Part shown: in pieces, positions 41,368 to 49,960 of the stretch | How positions within the stretch are numbered: position 1 is the stretch's first letter | Layout: each line of letters opens with the position of its first letter | NCBI GenBank assembly: GCA_965662895.1 | Contig: CBFIJH010000007.1 | Span: 32,001 to 96,000, forward strand | DNA from: Candidatus Poseidoniaceae archaeon | GTDB taxonomy: Archaea > Thermoplasmatota > Poseidoniia > Poseidoniales > Poseidoniaceae | Reading direction: 5' to 3' | Length of the DNA stretch: 64,000 nucleotides | The notes under the pieces: model-generated | Databases searched by the model: none | Told to the model about the DNA's origin: nothing | The model's input: only the letters and a program-made list of their open reading frames with translations | Program-made: the position numbers and the translations under genes

Positions 41368-42531
41368 TCAATTCCAAACAAGGTTTGTTTCACGAAATTC
41401 ATCGATAAGAACTTGCCCTGAATCTGTATTCTGTACAATTCGGACATAAATATCGCAACCGGAGCTACAGTCGGTGTTCCATGCTTCAGCCCGGCCAAAT
41501 GAAATGGTTGCACCGGGCCGGATTTTTTCGCTCCCAAATCCGGGTATGTACGAGCAAACACCATCGTAGCCATCGTAGAAGCACTCAGTTTCTGTACCAT
41601 CATTGATTGTAATGAAAAACGCCAGATCGTTGATGCTTAACGAATCCCATTTACTGGTTTCAAGCGTTAACCCGAAGAGCGATTCATCGTGTTGGAACGA
41701 GAAACTGTATTCATTTTTGAATTCATTATCGCACCAATCCGGGATGTCGACAGCGTTGACCATGGAATACCATGTGTTATGCGCTTCTTCATTCCAATTT
41801 TCGCCAGTAAATTCAAACCGTTCTTTGCTGATCAATGCGACGCAGTCTTCACTGGTTGTATCCATCAAATCGTATTCGTAAACTTCTCCTTCACCATAAT
41901 CTTCCTCAAGAACAGATTCAATGACGGATACGAACATTACGCTTCCATCAATTTTTATTTTCATCTTTGCAACCATTTTTTCATCGTATGGGAATTCCTC
42001 AGAGGTAACTGTTCGCTCATATGTCGATGAAAGTTCATCTCCTGATTTCTCCCATGTAGCGTCGAACGGCCAGTTTTGGTAGGGGTTTTCCGCCGACCAA
42101 GATGAGGAAACCATCGTACCATTCTCGTTGAAACGCATGATTTGGCCATCATCGGTGACCCATTGCCCAACGAATTCAGCATCACCTTCACCGAAAACTC
42201 CGAGAGCATACATGATACCAACCGCGCCCGCAGTGACCAAAATTCCTACAACGGCAATGGCAATGATTTTCTTTTTCTCAAGCCCATTAGGCTCAATAAG
42301 CCCAGGTTGTGATAGCGGGCTGTTGAAAGACGGTGGAGGTAAATTGATGGTAGGAGTTTGAGGCAATACAGGTCGGGGAGGAACAGCGGGGATTTGTGGA
42401 AGGTTCTGTCCAGGAATCGATGCAGGTGGAGTTTGGTTGAAATCTGGATAATACTGTACAGTGTACTGTTTTGCCTGATCGATAGAATACCCTTGTTGAA
42501 TGAGAGATTCATAGTACGCTTGCGCTTCCAT
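41368..42531 (-). CDS. Single-pass membrane protein with Pro-rich cytoplasmic N-terminus and acidic ectodomain
   Basis: YYESLIQQGYSIDQAKQY, Pro-rich linker, KKK+TM, FVGQW lipocalin-like start. Confidence 0.7.
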   Translation of the reverse strand: MEAQAYYESLIQQGYSIDQAKQYTVQYYPDFNQTPPASIPGQNLPQIPAVPPRPVLPQTPTINLPPPSFNSPLSQPGLIEPNGLEKKKIIAIAVVGILVTAGAVGIMYALGVFGEGDAEFVGQWVTDDGQIMRFNENGTMVSSSWSAENPYQNWPFDATWEKSGDELSSTYERTVTSEEFPYDEKMVAKMKIKIDGSVMFVSVIESVLEEDYGEGEVYEYDLMDTTSEDCVALISKERFEFTGENWNEEAHNTWYSMVNAVDIPDWCDNEFKNEYSFSFQHDESLFGLTLETSKWDSLSINDLAFFITINDGTETECFYDGYDGVCSYIPGFGSEKIRPGATISFGRAEAWNTDCSSGCDIYVRIVQNTDSGQVLIDEFRETNLVWN

Positions 42532-42745
42532 AAGTTCCACTTGCTAACTCTCTATTTAGAATTGATTATCAGCGATCCTGAATACTGAGGTATAGGTTCT
42601 TTGAAGTTGAGAAAGAAGACAGGTCAATGAGAGCAACATCTGTCCATGGGTAGCGTACGAACCATCCTTGCAATTGGTTGAGAATTCAAATTGGGTGGAC
42701 CAAGTTTCAAGTGCTTGATTCAAAGTAATCGTATCAGTGAGAGAC

Positions 42746-43243
42746 ATGACATCGGGATTTGACGACATTGTTCAAGGAAACAGCGAATTTGTGGCGAGTT
42801 TCAGCCATGGTGATGTGCCCGGAAAACCCGCTCGTAACATGCTGTTGATCACGTGCATGGATTGTCGAATTGTACCTCATCAAGCCCTCGGTTTGACTTT
42901 TGGCGACATGAAAGTGATTCGAAATGGAGGTGGTCAAATCAATCCCGAAGTTGAGAAAGATGTCGTTGTTGCGAACAACATTCTCGAATGCGACCGGATT
43001 CTCATTATGCAGCATACTCGGTGTGGAATGGCAGCTGCTACGCTAGAGAAGGTTCGAGAAGTGGTCCATGCAAACACAGGAGCAGATGTTAGCGAATACT
43101 ATCCTGACGTCATTTCGAATCAACGAGCAAGAATTGTTGAAGATGTTCAGAAACTGAAGAACAATCCAATGCTCAAGTCAGATGTGATCATTGAGGGTGC
43201 TATGTACGACGTTGATACAGGCAAAATTGATTTTATTGCTTGA
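42746..43243 (+). CDS. Beta-class carbonic anhydrase
   Basis: TCMDCR, IRNGGG, HTRCG, YDVDTG. Confidence 0.92.
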   Translation: MTSGFDDIVQGNSEFVASFSHGDVPGKPARNMLLITCMDCRIVPHQALGLTFGDMKVIRNGGGQINPEVEKDVVVANNILECDRILIMQHTRCGMAAATLEKVREVVHANTGADVSEYYPDVISNQRARIVEDVQKLKNNPMLKSDVIIEGAMYDVDTGKIDFIA

Positions 43244-43244
43244 A

Positions 43245-43982
43245 TCATTGCGAATATCGAAGAGCGACAACATGCTCGACACGAATTTCGTCTTGTCCTT
43301 CATGGATTGTCATTTCAATCTCATGCATTTCAACGGGTGCAAAATGGAGCGTGTTCCATTCAACAGAACCCCCATTCTCGACAATTTCTCGATTGCCCAT
43401 GCATTGGCCATCGACGTTGATCACTGCCCATTCAACATCAACGTCTCTTCCGTTTAATTCCAAGATTGGGGACGGATTGCTGATGGTCGAATTGAGGGTA
43501 AAATACGATGGAGATGTACCATCATTGCCGGGTTTTGCATCAAAGAAGAGGGATTGTGGGCTACCAGTATCGTCTTCAGTCCATGATACGATTTGTTCGA
43601 CAATGAGAACGATCGTTTCAGTGGTGCGAGTTCCACTTGAATCGATTGCGAAAGCCGTCACCGTGTACATCCCATGATGTTCATAATCGAGAGCGATGAC
43701 CTGTTGCTCGTTGGCTTTCACGCTCATGGCTCGTCCATCATCTGTTTCAATGCCAAATGTTTGGATCGAAACATCGGATGTCGATTTTGAGAAATCGAGT
43801 TCAAACGTTGCAGTCGATGATGAAATTCGTTCACCTTGTTCGTAGATGGTTTCGATGACGAGGCGACGTTCATCGACATCAACATTGAGATTGGTTTGAA
43901 TCTCTTCATCTGCAACAAATCCAAGACATCCAGAAAGAAAGAGGAAGCAGACCAGTCCCAAGAGGAGAGCCGGCTTTCGCAT
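43245..43982 (-). CDS. Putative lipoprotein with PKD-like domain
   Basis: MRK + hydrophobic + LSGC lipobox; Y..HGMYTVT..D..G. Confidence 0.7.
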   Translation of the reverse strand: MRKPALLLGLVCFLFLSGCLGFVADEEIQTNLNVDVDERRLVIETIYEQGERISSSTATFELDFSKSTSDVSIQTFGIETDDGRAMSVKANEQQVIALDYEHHGMYTVTAFAIDSSGTRTTETIVLIVEQIVSWTEDDTGSPQSLFFDAKPGNDGTSPSYFTLNSTISNPSPILELNGRDVDVEWAVINVDGQCMGNREIVENGGSVEWNTLHFAPVEMHEIEMTIHEGQDEIRVEHVVALRYSQ

Positions 43983-43992
43983 GCCATCACAT

Positions 43993-45492
43993 TCAATTGT
44001 TCCAGTTGGTAATCAAATGGTACATGGTGCGGACATGGATTCCAGTGGCACCGTTTCCGACCATTGTGTTGGTCTTCGCACCCCAGTAAGTTCCTGCGAT
44101 GTCCATGTGCGCCCAGGTGATTTGGTCACCATCTTCATCGTAGTTTCGATTTGGAACGAATTGCTTGAGGAATGCTGCAGCGGTGTTTGCTCCGCCCCAT
44201 CGACCAGCACCGAGATTGCGTGTATCAGCAATCTTCGAATCGGTCATTTCCTTCTCGAAGGCAGGGAGAAGCGGCATTGGCCAGGCCAATTCGTCGACTG
44301 CATTTCCGGCTTCGTGAATCTTGGTGCGGAAGTCGTCATCGTTTGACCACAGACCCGTTGCCTCATGACCAAGTGCGACGACACAAGCACCAGTCAGTGT
44401 TGCAAAGTCGATAATGAACTCAGGGTCGAATTCACCGGCTTTCCAAAGTCCATCAGAAAGAACGAGTCGGCCCTCGGCGTCGGTGTTGAGAACTTCAATG
44501 GTTTTTCCAGACAGTGTTGTGATAACATCGCCTGGACGTTGTGCGTTTGCTGCAGGCATGTTCTCGGCCATGCAGGTGATTCCGACGACCTTTCCGTCGT
44601 ATCCAGTGGATGCGAGTGCTTGCATGGTTCCGAAAACTGTGGCAGATCCTCCCATGTCGTATTTCATTTCATCCATGTTTGCACCAGGCTTGAGCGATAT
44701 ACCGCCCGTATCGAAGGTGATACCCTTTCCAACGAGAAGTGGGCATCGACCAGGTTTCTCCTTGTTCATTTCGAAGATAACCATGCATGGTTTTCGAGAT
44801 GAACCCATTCCGACAGCAACAAGACCGCCCATGCCTGCCTTGATGGCGTGTTCGTAGTTGATGATGGTCACTTCGACATTGTCGTATTGCTTGGCCCATT
44901 CCCAAGCCATGTCTGAGAATGCTTCTGGATACATGTCGTTTGGAGGACAGTTGCCGAGATCTCGTGAGAGATGAACACCTGAGGCGACTCCAGAATGAAT
45001 TCGAACGAGTTCTTCGAGAGCTTCTTCTTGGCCTTCATCGCAGGTGATTCGAACGCTCCGTTCGGATTCCTTATCTTCTTCTTTCTGCATTTTATACTCG
45101 TCGTAGGAGTAGTCACGAAGCAACATACCTTCTGCAAAAGCACCCATGTATTCAACATCAGCGCCAGCAAAGCGAACGGTGAGATCTGTACCGTGAGTTT
45201 TCTTGCGAGCAGCTACAACTGCAGCACCTGCCTTGCGGTAAGCGTGGACATCAGCATCCTCTTCCTTTCCAAGACCAACGAGCATGGCTTTTCCACCTTC
45301 ACCCCCAAAGAGGGTGATTGTGGATTTTGCCTTACCTTTGAAATCTCCATCAGCAAGAACACGATTGATTTGACCCTTGAGGGCGACGTGTAGTCCTGTT
45401 GCGTGGGCATCGGGTACGATTTCAGTTCCTTCATAGAGCGGAAGAACAAGTGTTCCGTCAATGTTATGACTTGGGCTTACGTTAATTTGCAT
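43993..45492 (-). CDS. pepA: Leucyl aminopeptidase (M17)
   Basis: VGKGITFDTGG, MKYDMGG, NTDAEGRL, ATLTGA, HMDIAG. Confidence 0.95.
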   Translation of the reverse strand: MQINVSPSHNIDGTLVLPLYEGTEIVPDAHATGLHVALKGQINRVLADGDFKGKAKSTITLFGGEGGKAMLVGLGKEEDADVHAYRKAGAAVVAARKKTHGTDLTVRFAGADVEYMGAFAEGMLLRDYSYDEYKMQKEEDKESERSVRITCDEGQEEALEELVRIHSGVASGVHLSRDLGNCPPNDMYPEAFSDMAWEWAKQYDNVEVTIINYEHAIKAGMGGLVAVGMGSSRKPCMVIFEMNKEKPGRCPLLVGKGITFDTGGISLKPGANMDEMKYDMGGSATVFGTMQALASTGYDGKVVGITCMAENMPAANAQRPGDVITTLSGKTIEVLNTDAEGRLVLSDGLWKAGEFDPEFIIDFATLTGACVVALGHEATGLWSNDDDFRTKIHEAGNAVDELAWPMPLLPAFEKEMTDSKIADTRNLGAGRWGGANTAAAFLKQFVPNRNYDEDGDQITWAHMDIAGTYWGAKTNTMVGNGATGIHVRTMYHLITNWNN

Positions 45493-45555
45493 GGTTTCAC
45501 CGGTAGATGCCAATCCCTTGAGGCACTTGAAACCTTGCGAATGATTTTCAGCGAT

Positions 45556-46923
45556 TTATGCTAAATCTTCTTGTTCTTTTCGTAGAAGCGAAATGACCGC
45601 TAGTCCCGCAAGAATCGTGGTTGGACTGAACAACCCATAGCCGATGAGGAAATTTCCACCCTCCTCATCCTCGATCAAAACGGCGGTAAGGTTCAGGGGT
45701 TCAGTCACCCATTTTGAAGCATCGATGACGCGTTTTTGATAATACAATTGCCAAGAACCGTCTCCGTTGTAGGACAAGTTCGAAGCATCCAATGCTGCCA
45801 TCGTTGAATTGCTTGCATTCACTGAGAACAAGGATGAAGTCCACGTAACTTGGCCATCTGAATCAACGAATTGCAAACTTGCGTTCGTTGTCGAGGCATG
45901 TCCCAGATTATCCACGTCGATGGTCACAGTCTCGTCAGAAACTTGAATCGATTGTACATCGAGTCGAGCACGCCAGTACCAAACATTGGTAATCAGATAT
46001 CGCATAACATCCATTTCTTCAGCAAGCCGTTCGTTGAGTGCTTCAACAGAGCCGGGGACAAACTGTTCATCATCGGTTTCGAACGTGAATGTTGGGAATC
46101 CCATAACGCCGTATCCATAGTCTCGACTTGTCCCACAGTTTGGATAGAGTCCTTGATTGGCATTTTGAATTGGTATGTCCGAGATGTTTGCGTGAACTTC
46201 TTCTCGAATCCCGTGGAACAATTCCCAATCGGATGGCTGGCTTGCCCACTTACCCCACGGGTAGAGCATAATCCATACGCCCGTATGCATCGTTACGTAG
46301 AGATCCGCATCGGAGACATAGTCGTTCATGTATTGTGAATTCGCAGCAGTTTCAGATTCGCTGAAGGCAGAACTTCCTGGTTGCGTCGTGGGACATGTGT
46401 TCCAAAAATGGTCGTAATTTCGATTCAAATCGACTTGATTGATGTTCCAACGTGTGTCGATGTCGTTGCCATCGGGATTAAGCATAATCAGGATGTGAAG
46501 TTCAGTATTCTGGAGCACATCGATCACTTCTTGATTGCCTTCAGACCAACCTTCGATGTAGAATTGTGCCGATAACCATGCAAGCGCCGTACCCAAATAC
46601 TCGTTACCGTGATGTCCGCCGTCAATGTAGACGATTTCCTTCGCTTTTCCATCGGCTTTGGTCTCCATCGACCAATCTGAGATTTGAAGCACCCAGAGTG
46701 TTTTTCCAAGCTCAGAGTTTCCCGCATCGACCAGTTTGACAATGTCGGGATTGTTGTCAGCCCACCCGTTGACTTCCATTGTCAAAGCAGCCCACGTCAT
46801 GTGGACATGGTTATCGATTGGCTCTCCGGGCCACGCATCATCTTCAGCAGTTGAAGCAGCGCTTGCTACTGGGCCAAGACCAGTCAATAGGAGGCAGAGG
46901 ACGAGGCCGACTGCAGCACGCAT
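45556..46923 (-). CDS. Secreted, membrane-anchored M14 zinc carboxypeptidase
   Basis: Signal peptide, HGNE, NPDG, DLNRNY, MHTG, FTFE, C-terminal hydrophobic anchor. Confidence 0.9.
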   Translation of the reverse strand: MRAAVGLVLCLLLTGLGPVASAASTAEDDAWPGEPIDNHVHMTWAALTMEVNGWADNNPDIVKLVDAGNSELGKTLWVLQISDWSMETKADGKAKEIVYIDGGHHGNEYLGTALAWLSAQFYIEGWSEGNQEVIDVLQNTELHILIMLNPDGNDIDTRWNINQVDLNRNYDHFWNTCPTTQPGSSAFSESETAANSQYMNDYVSDADLYVTMHTGVWIMLYPWGKWASQPSDWELFHGIREEVHANISDIPIQNANQGLYPNCGTSRDYGYGVMGFPTFTFETDDEQFVPGSVEALNERLAEEMDVMRYLITNVWYWRARLDVQSIQVSDETVTIDVDNLGHASTTNASLQFVDSDGQVTWTSSLFSVNASNSTMAALDASNLSYNGDGSWQLYYQKRVIDASKWVTEPLNLTAVLIEDEEGGNFLIGYGLFSPTTILAGLAVISLLRKEQEDLA

Positions 46924-46968
46924 GGTCTGGCCTCTCGGCGGTGAGACAAAAACGCTTGCTAAAGCATA

Positions 46969-47388
46969 TCACCAATCGCTGGTGAACGCATTTGGATTCT
47001 GAACCTTTTCGGATTCTCGAGTCCAGATGGATTGTCCATCAGTCCCATAGATATCCGCGAAAGGGTCGATGTCCTCCGGCTTGCGCTGTCGCTGCATGTA
47101 GGATTCAACACGCTCCTTGAGGTCGGGCTTGAACTTCCAATAGTGGATGCGCCATTCGCGTCCATCCCAGAGTGTCGTTTCTTCAGATTCTGTTGTTAAC
47201 AGATCGTAATCTTGGAACATGTAGAACAAGTTACGGTCGGTCGGCTCGAGAGCATTGTCAATGATGCGGTTGTAAAATCCAAAGAAACCAAGTGCGTGTT
47301 CTGCCATACCTGCAGCGACCTCCGCATCCATTTCTGTGTCAATATGCTGTTGTATTGCTTGTGTTAACGATTGTAGTGTCATTCCCAT
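46969..47388 (-). CDS. DUF6015-like protein
   Basis: LGFFG..RIIDNALEPTDR..FY....LLTTE.EET.L.DGREWRIHYW pattern recalled from Thermoplasmatota. Confidence 0.7.
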   Translation of the reverse strand: MGMTLQSLTQAIQQHIDTEMDAEVAAGMAEHALGFFGFYNRIIDNALEPTDRNLFYMFQDYDLLTTESEETTLWDGREWRIHYWKFKPDLKERVESYMQRQRKPEDIDPFADIYGTDGQSIWTRESEKVQNPNAFTSDW

Positions 47389-47549
47389 CTTCCATCACTC
47401 CGCCCTCGGGTTTCTTCCGAGAACACTATTGTATATTGGTCGTTGATGTATATTAACACATCGGCTGTTTTTCTTGCAATCCACGGTTCATCACTGATAT
47501 TTGGCTAAATTTTGGCAACGCTTAGAAGCGGAAAGAGGACGCGGACACC

Positions 47550-48560
47550 ATGCAGGACGAGGTGATGCCGACCTTTCTTGGGCTCGACCAAGGCCAAGGC
47601 GATGTCGACATCGCAATTCTCTCCTTGGCGTACGAATTGACAACATCCTACGGCCAAGGGACTGCTATGGGGCCTCAGGCCTGCCTTGAAGCCTCAGCGC
47701 AAGTGGAACTCTACGATGCAGATCTGGGCGAAGATCTTCCTGCTGGGCTTTCAATTCACACCATTCAGCCTTGGAATGGCGAAGGACCAACACTGCTTCA
47801 GCAGTTGGATTCTATGGTCGATTACCTCACACCGTGGTTCAAGGGGGATTGCTTCCCGCTTTGCTTGGGTGGAGAGCACGGCATTTTGCCACCGATCATG
47901 GAAGCCGTACGGCGCCATCCTCTTGTGAACAACGATCTTTCCAACCTGACCGTTGTCCAAATCGATGCACACGGTGATCTTCGTGAACATTTGGACGGTG
48001 AGAAGTATTCTCACGCTTGCGCTGCCGCCCGTGCTCTTGATGCAGGAATTGGGTCGCTGCTTCAGGTTGGCATCCGTGCTTACAGCAAAAAAGAACACGA
48101 ACGGATGCTTACAGACGAACGAATTACCACATTCTTCGCTAAGGACACACAATCACCGTGCCATGGATTACATCACTGGAATCAATGGCTTGAAACGCTT
48201 TCTTCAATCGAAGGGCCTGTTCATCTCACCATCGACATCGATGGTCTTGATGGAGCATTGGTTCCAGCAACAGGAACTCCAGTTCCTGGTGGGCTGACAT
48301 TCTGGCAGGTGCACGAAACCATTCAAGCCTTGTTCAACGCACCTAATGCTGTCGTGGTCAGTGCGGATGTGAACGAAATTGGTGTTCAAGAAGATTCACC
48401 CCTCACTCAATTCACAGCAGCGATGCTGGCAACAAATGTCGTCGCAGCACATGCTTCTGCACGTCGTAGGGGTGCATGGAATCCTATGGCACCAACGTCT
48501 GGACCGCAGCGTTCGGTTCATGATTCCAGTGGATTCTTCCAATCGAATGGAGGTCCGTGA
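47550..48560 (+). CDS. speB: Agmatinase (ureohydrolase)
   Basis: GGEH, DAHGD, VGIR, DIDGLD, ATGTPVPGG. Confidence 0.9.
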   Translation: MQDEVMPTFLGLDQGQGDVDIAILSLAYELTTSYGQGTAMGPQACLEASAQVELYDADLGEDLPAGLSIHTIQPWNGEGPTLLQQLDSMVDYLTPWFKGDCFPLCLGGEHGILPPIMEAVRRHPLVNNDLSNLTVVQIDAHGDLREHLDGEKYSHACAAARALDAGIGSLLQVGIRAYSKKEHERMLTDERITTFFAKDTQSPCHGLHHWNQWLETLSSIEGPVHLTIDIDGLDGALVPATGTPVPGGLTFWQVHETIQALFNAPNAVVVSADVNEIGVQEDSPLTQFTAAMLATNVVAAHASARRRGAWNPMAPTSGPQRSVHDSSGFFQSNGGP

Positions 48561-48947
48561 ATGAGCTTAAATGCACGTGGAAAACACATCTTCGTCGATT
48601 ATTCGGAATTCTTTCCATCCTCCTCATTCGATGGAAAAAAGATGCTTGAACTGATGAAACAAGCCGTTGCAAAAAGTGGGGCAAGAGAAGTCCATGCTCA
48701 CGTTGAAATCTTCGACGGTTCCGTTTCCCCGCCAGGTTTTGCGGCCGTTGTTTTGCTTGACGAGAGCCACCTTAGCGCTCACTGTTATTCGGATCAAGGT
48801 CTGCTTGCCATTGACGCCTTTACGTGCGGCGGCACCGACCCGGCCTCCATCGTTGAAGATTTGAAGCAAACGTTGTACGATTTGTCTCCATCAACGGTTA
48901 TGATTCAAGAGAATAGTGTTGATCGATTCCTGCTTACGGAGGTATGA
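48561..48947 (+). CDS. Pyruvoyl-dependent AdoMet decarboxylase-family proenzyme (substrate uncertain)
   Basis: GKH, LDESHLSAH self-cleavage motif, IDAFTCG. Confidence 0.85.
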   Translation: MSLNARGKHIFVDYSEFFPSSSFDGKKMLELMKQAVAKSGAREVHAHVEIFDGSVSPPGFAAVVLLDESHLSAHCYSDQGLLAIDAFTCGGTDPASIVEDLKQTLYDLSPSTVMIQENSVDRFLLTEV

Positions 48948-49906
48948 ACGTGAGTATACGAAGCACGATTGAATCCTACTTCCATCATTTCAATGCTGGT
49001 GAATTGGGCAAGATGTCCGCTTCGCTCTTGAAGCACATCGATTCCGGAGGCAAGGTCTTCATCACCCTCGCTGGTGCCATGAGCACCGCAGGAATTGGAC
49101 AGTTGCTTGCACCCATGATTCGAAAAGGTCACGTTGCAGCAATCAGTTGCACCGGAGCAAATCTCGAGGAAGATGTGTTTCGAATGATGGCACTGCCCCA
49201 TTACGAGTCCATCGAGAACTGGAGAACCCTCTCGTTGGAAGACGAGAAAGAACTTGTCAACAAAAAAATGAATCGTGTAACGGATGTTTGCATCCCTGAG
49301 GAGCAAGCGATACGTGATTTGGAATCGCATCTCATGCAAGTTTGGAAAAAGGCATTGGATGAAAAAAAACGGCAACTTCCACATCACTACTTCTTTGATG
49401 TGCTACGCTCGGAGTCCTTTCTGAATTCGTGCGAGGGCGATGTCTCTGCTTCATGGGTCCATGCAGCTTGTGAAGCGAACATACCGGTCTATGTCCCAGG
49501 ATGGGAAGATTCGACCATGGGCAACATCTTCGCTGCCCGTTCCATTGAAGAAGCGATTGATTCCGATTGCATTCTATCAGGAATTGAGTACATGAAACAC
49601 CTTGCATCATGGTACGAAGCGCAAACAATACCGCTGGCATTTTTACAAATTGGTGGTGGAATTGCTGGAGATTTTCCCATTTGCGTTGTTCCAATGCTCA
49701 ATCAAGATCTTGAGCGAGACGTTCCACTCTGGTCATGGTTTGGACAAATTTCCGAGTCGCGTCCTTCGTATGGAGGATATTCAGGAGCACCACCAAGTGA
49801 AAAAATTACGTGGGGGAAAATCGATGCATCGACGCCAATGTTCGTGGTCGAAAGCGATGCTACGATTGTGGCCCCGCTTTTGTTTGCGTACATTTTGAAC
49901 CTCTGA
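48944..49906 (+). CDS. Deoxyhypusine synthase-like protein (bacterial SpeY/homospermidine synthase type)
   Basis: HFNA, LAGAMSTA, TGANLEED, PGWEDST, IGGGIAGDFPICVVP, YSGAPPSEKITWGK, ESDATIVAP. Confidence 0.85.
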   Translation: MNVSIRSTIESYFHHFNAGELGKMSASLLKHIDSGGKVFITLAGAMSTAGIGQLLAPMIRKGHVAAISCTGANLEEDVFRMMALPHYESIENWRTLSLEDEKELVNKKMNRVTDVCIPEEQAIRDLESHLMQVWKKALDEKKRQLPHHYFFDVLRSESFLNSCEGDVSASWVHAACEANIPVYVPGWEDSTMGNIFAARSIEEAIDSDCILSGIEYMKHLASWYEAQTIPLAFLQIGGGIAGDFPICVVPMLNQDLERDVPLWSWFGQISESRPSYGGYSGAPPSEKITWGKIDASTPMFVVESDATIVAPLLFAYILNL

Positions 49907-49960
49907 TTGTTCAAACAACGCCCCCAAACCCTTAGAGATGAGCGGTGGCAAGAACACTAC

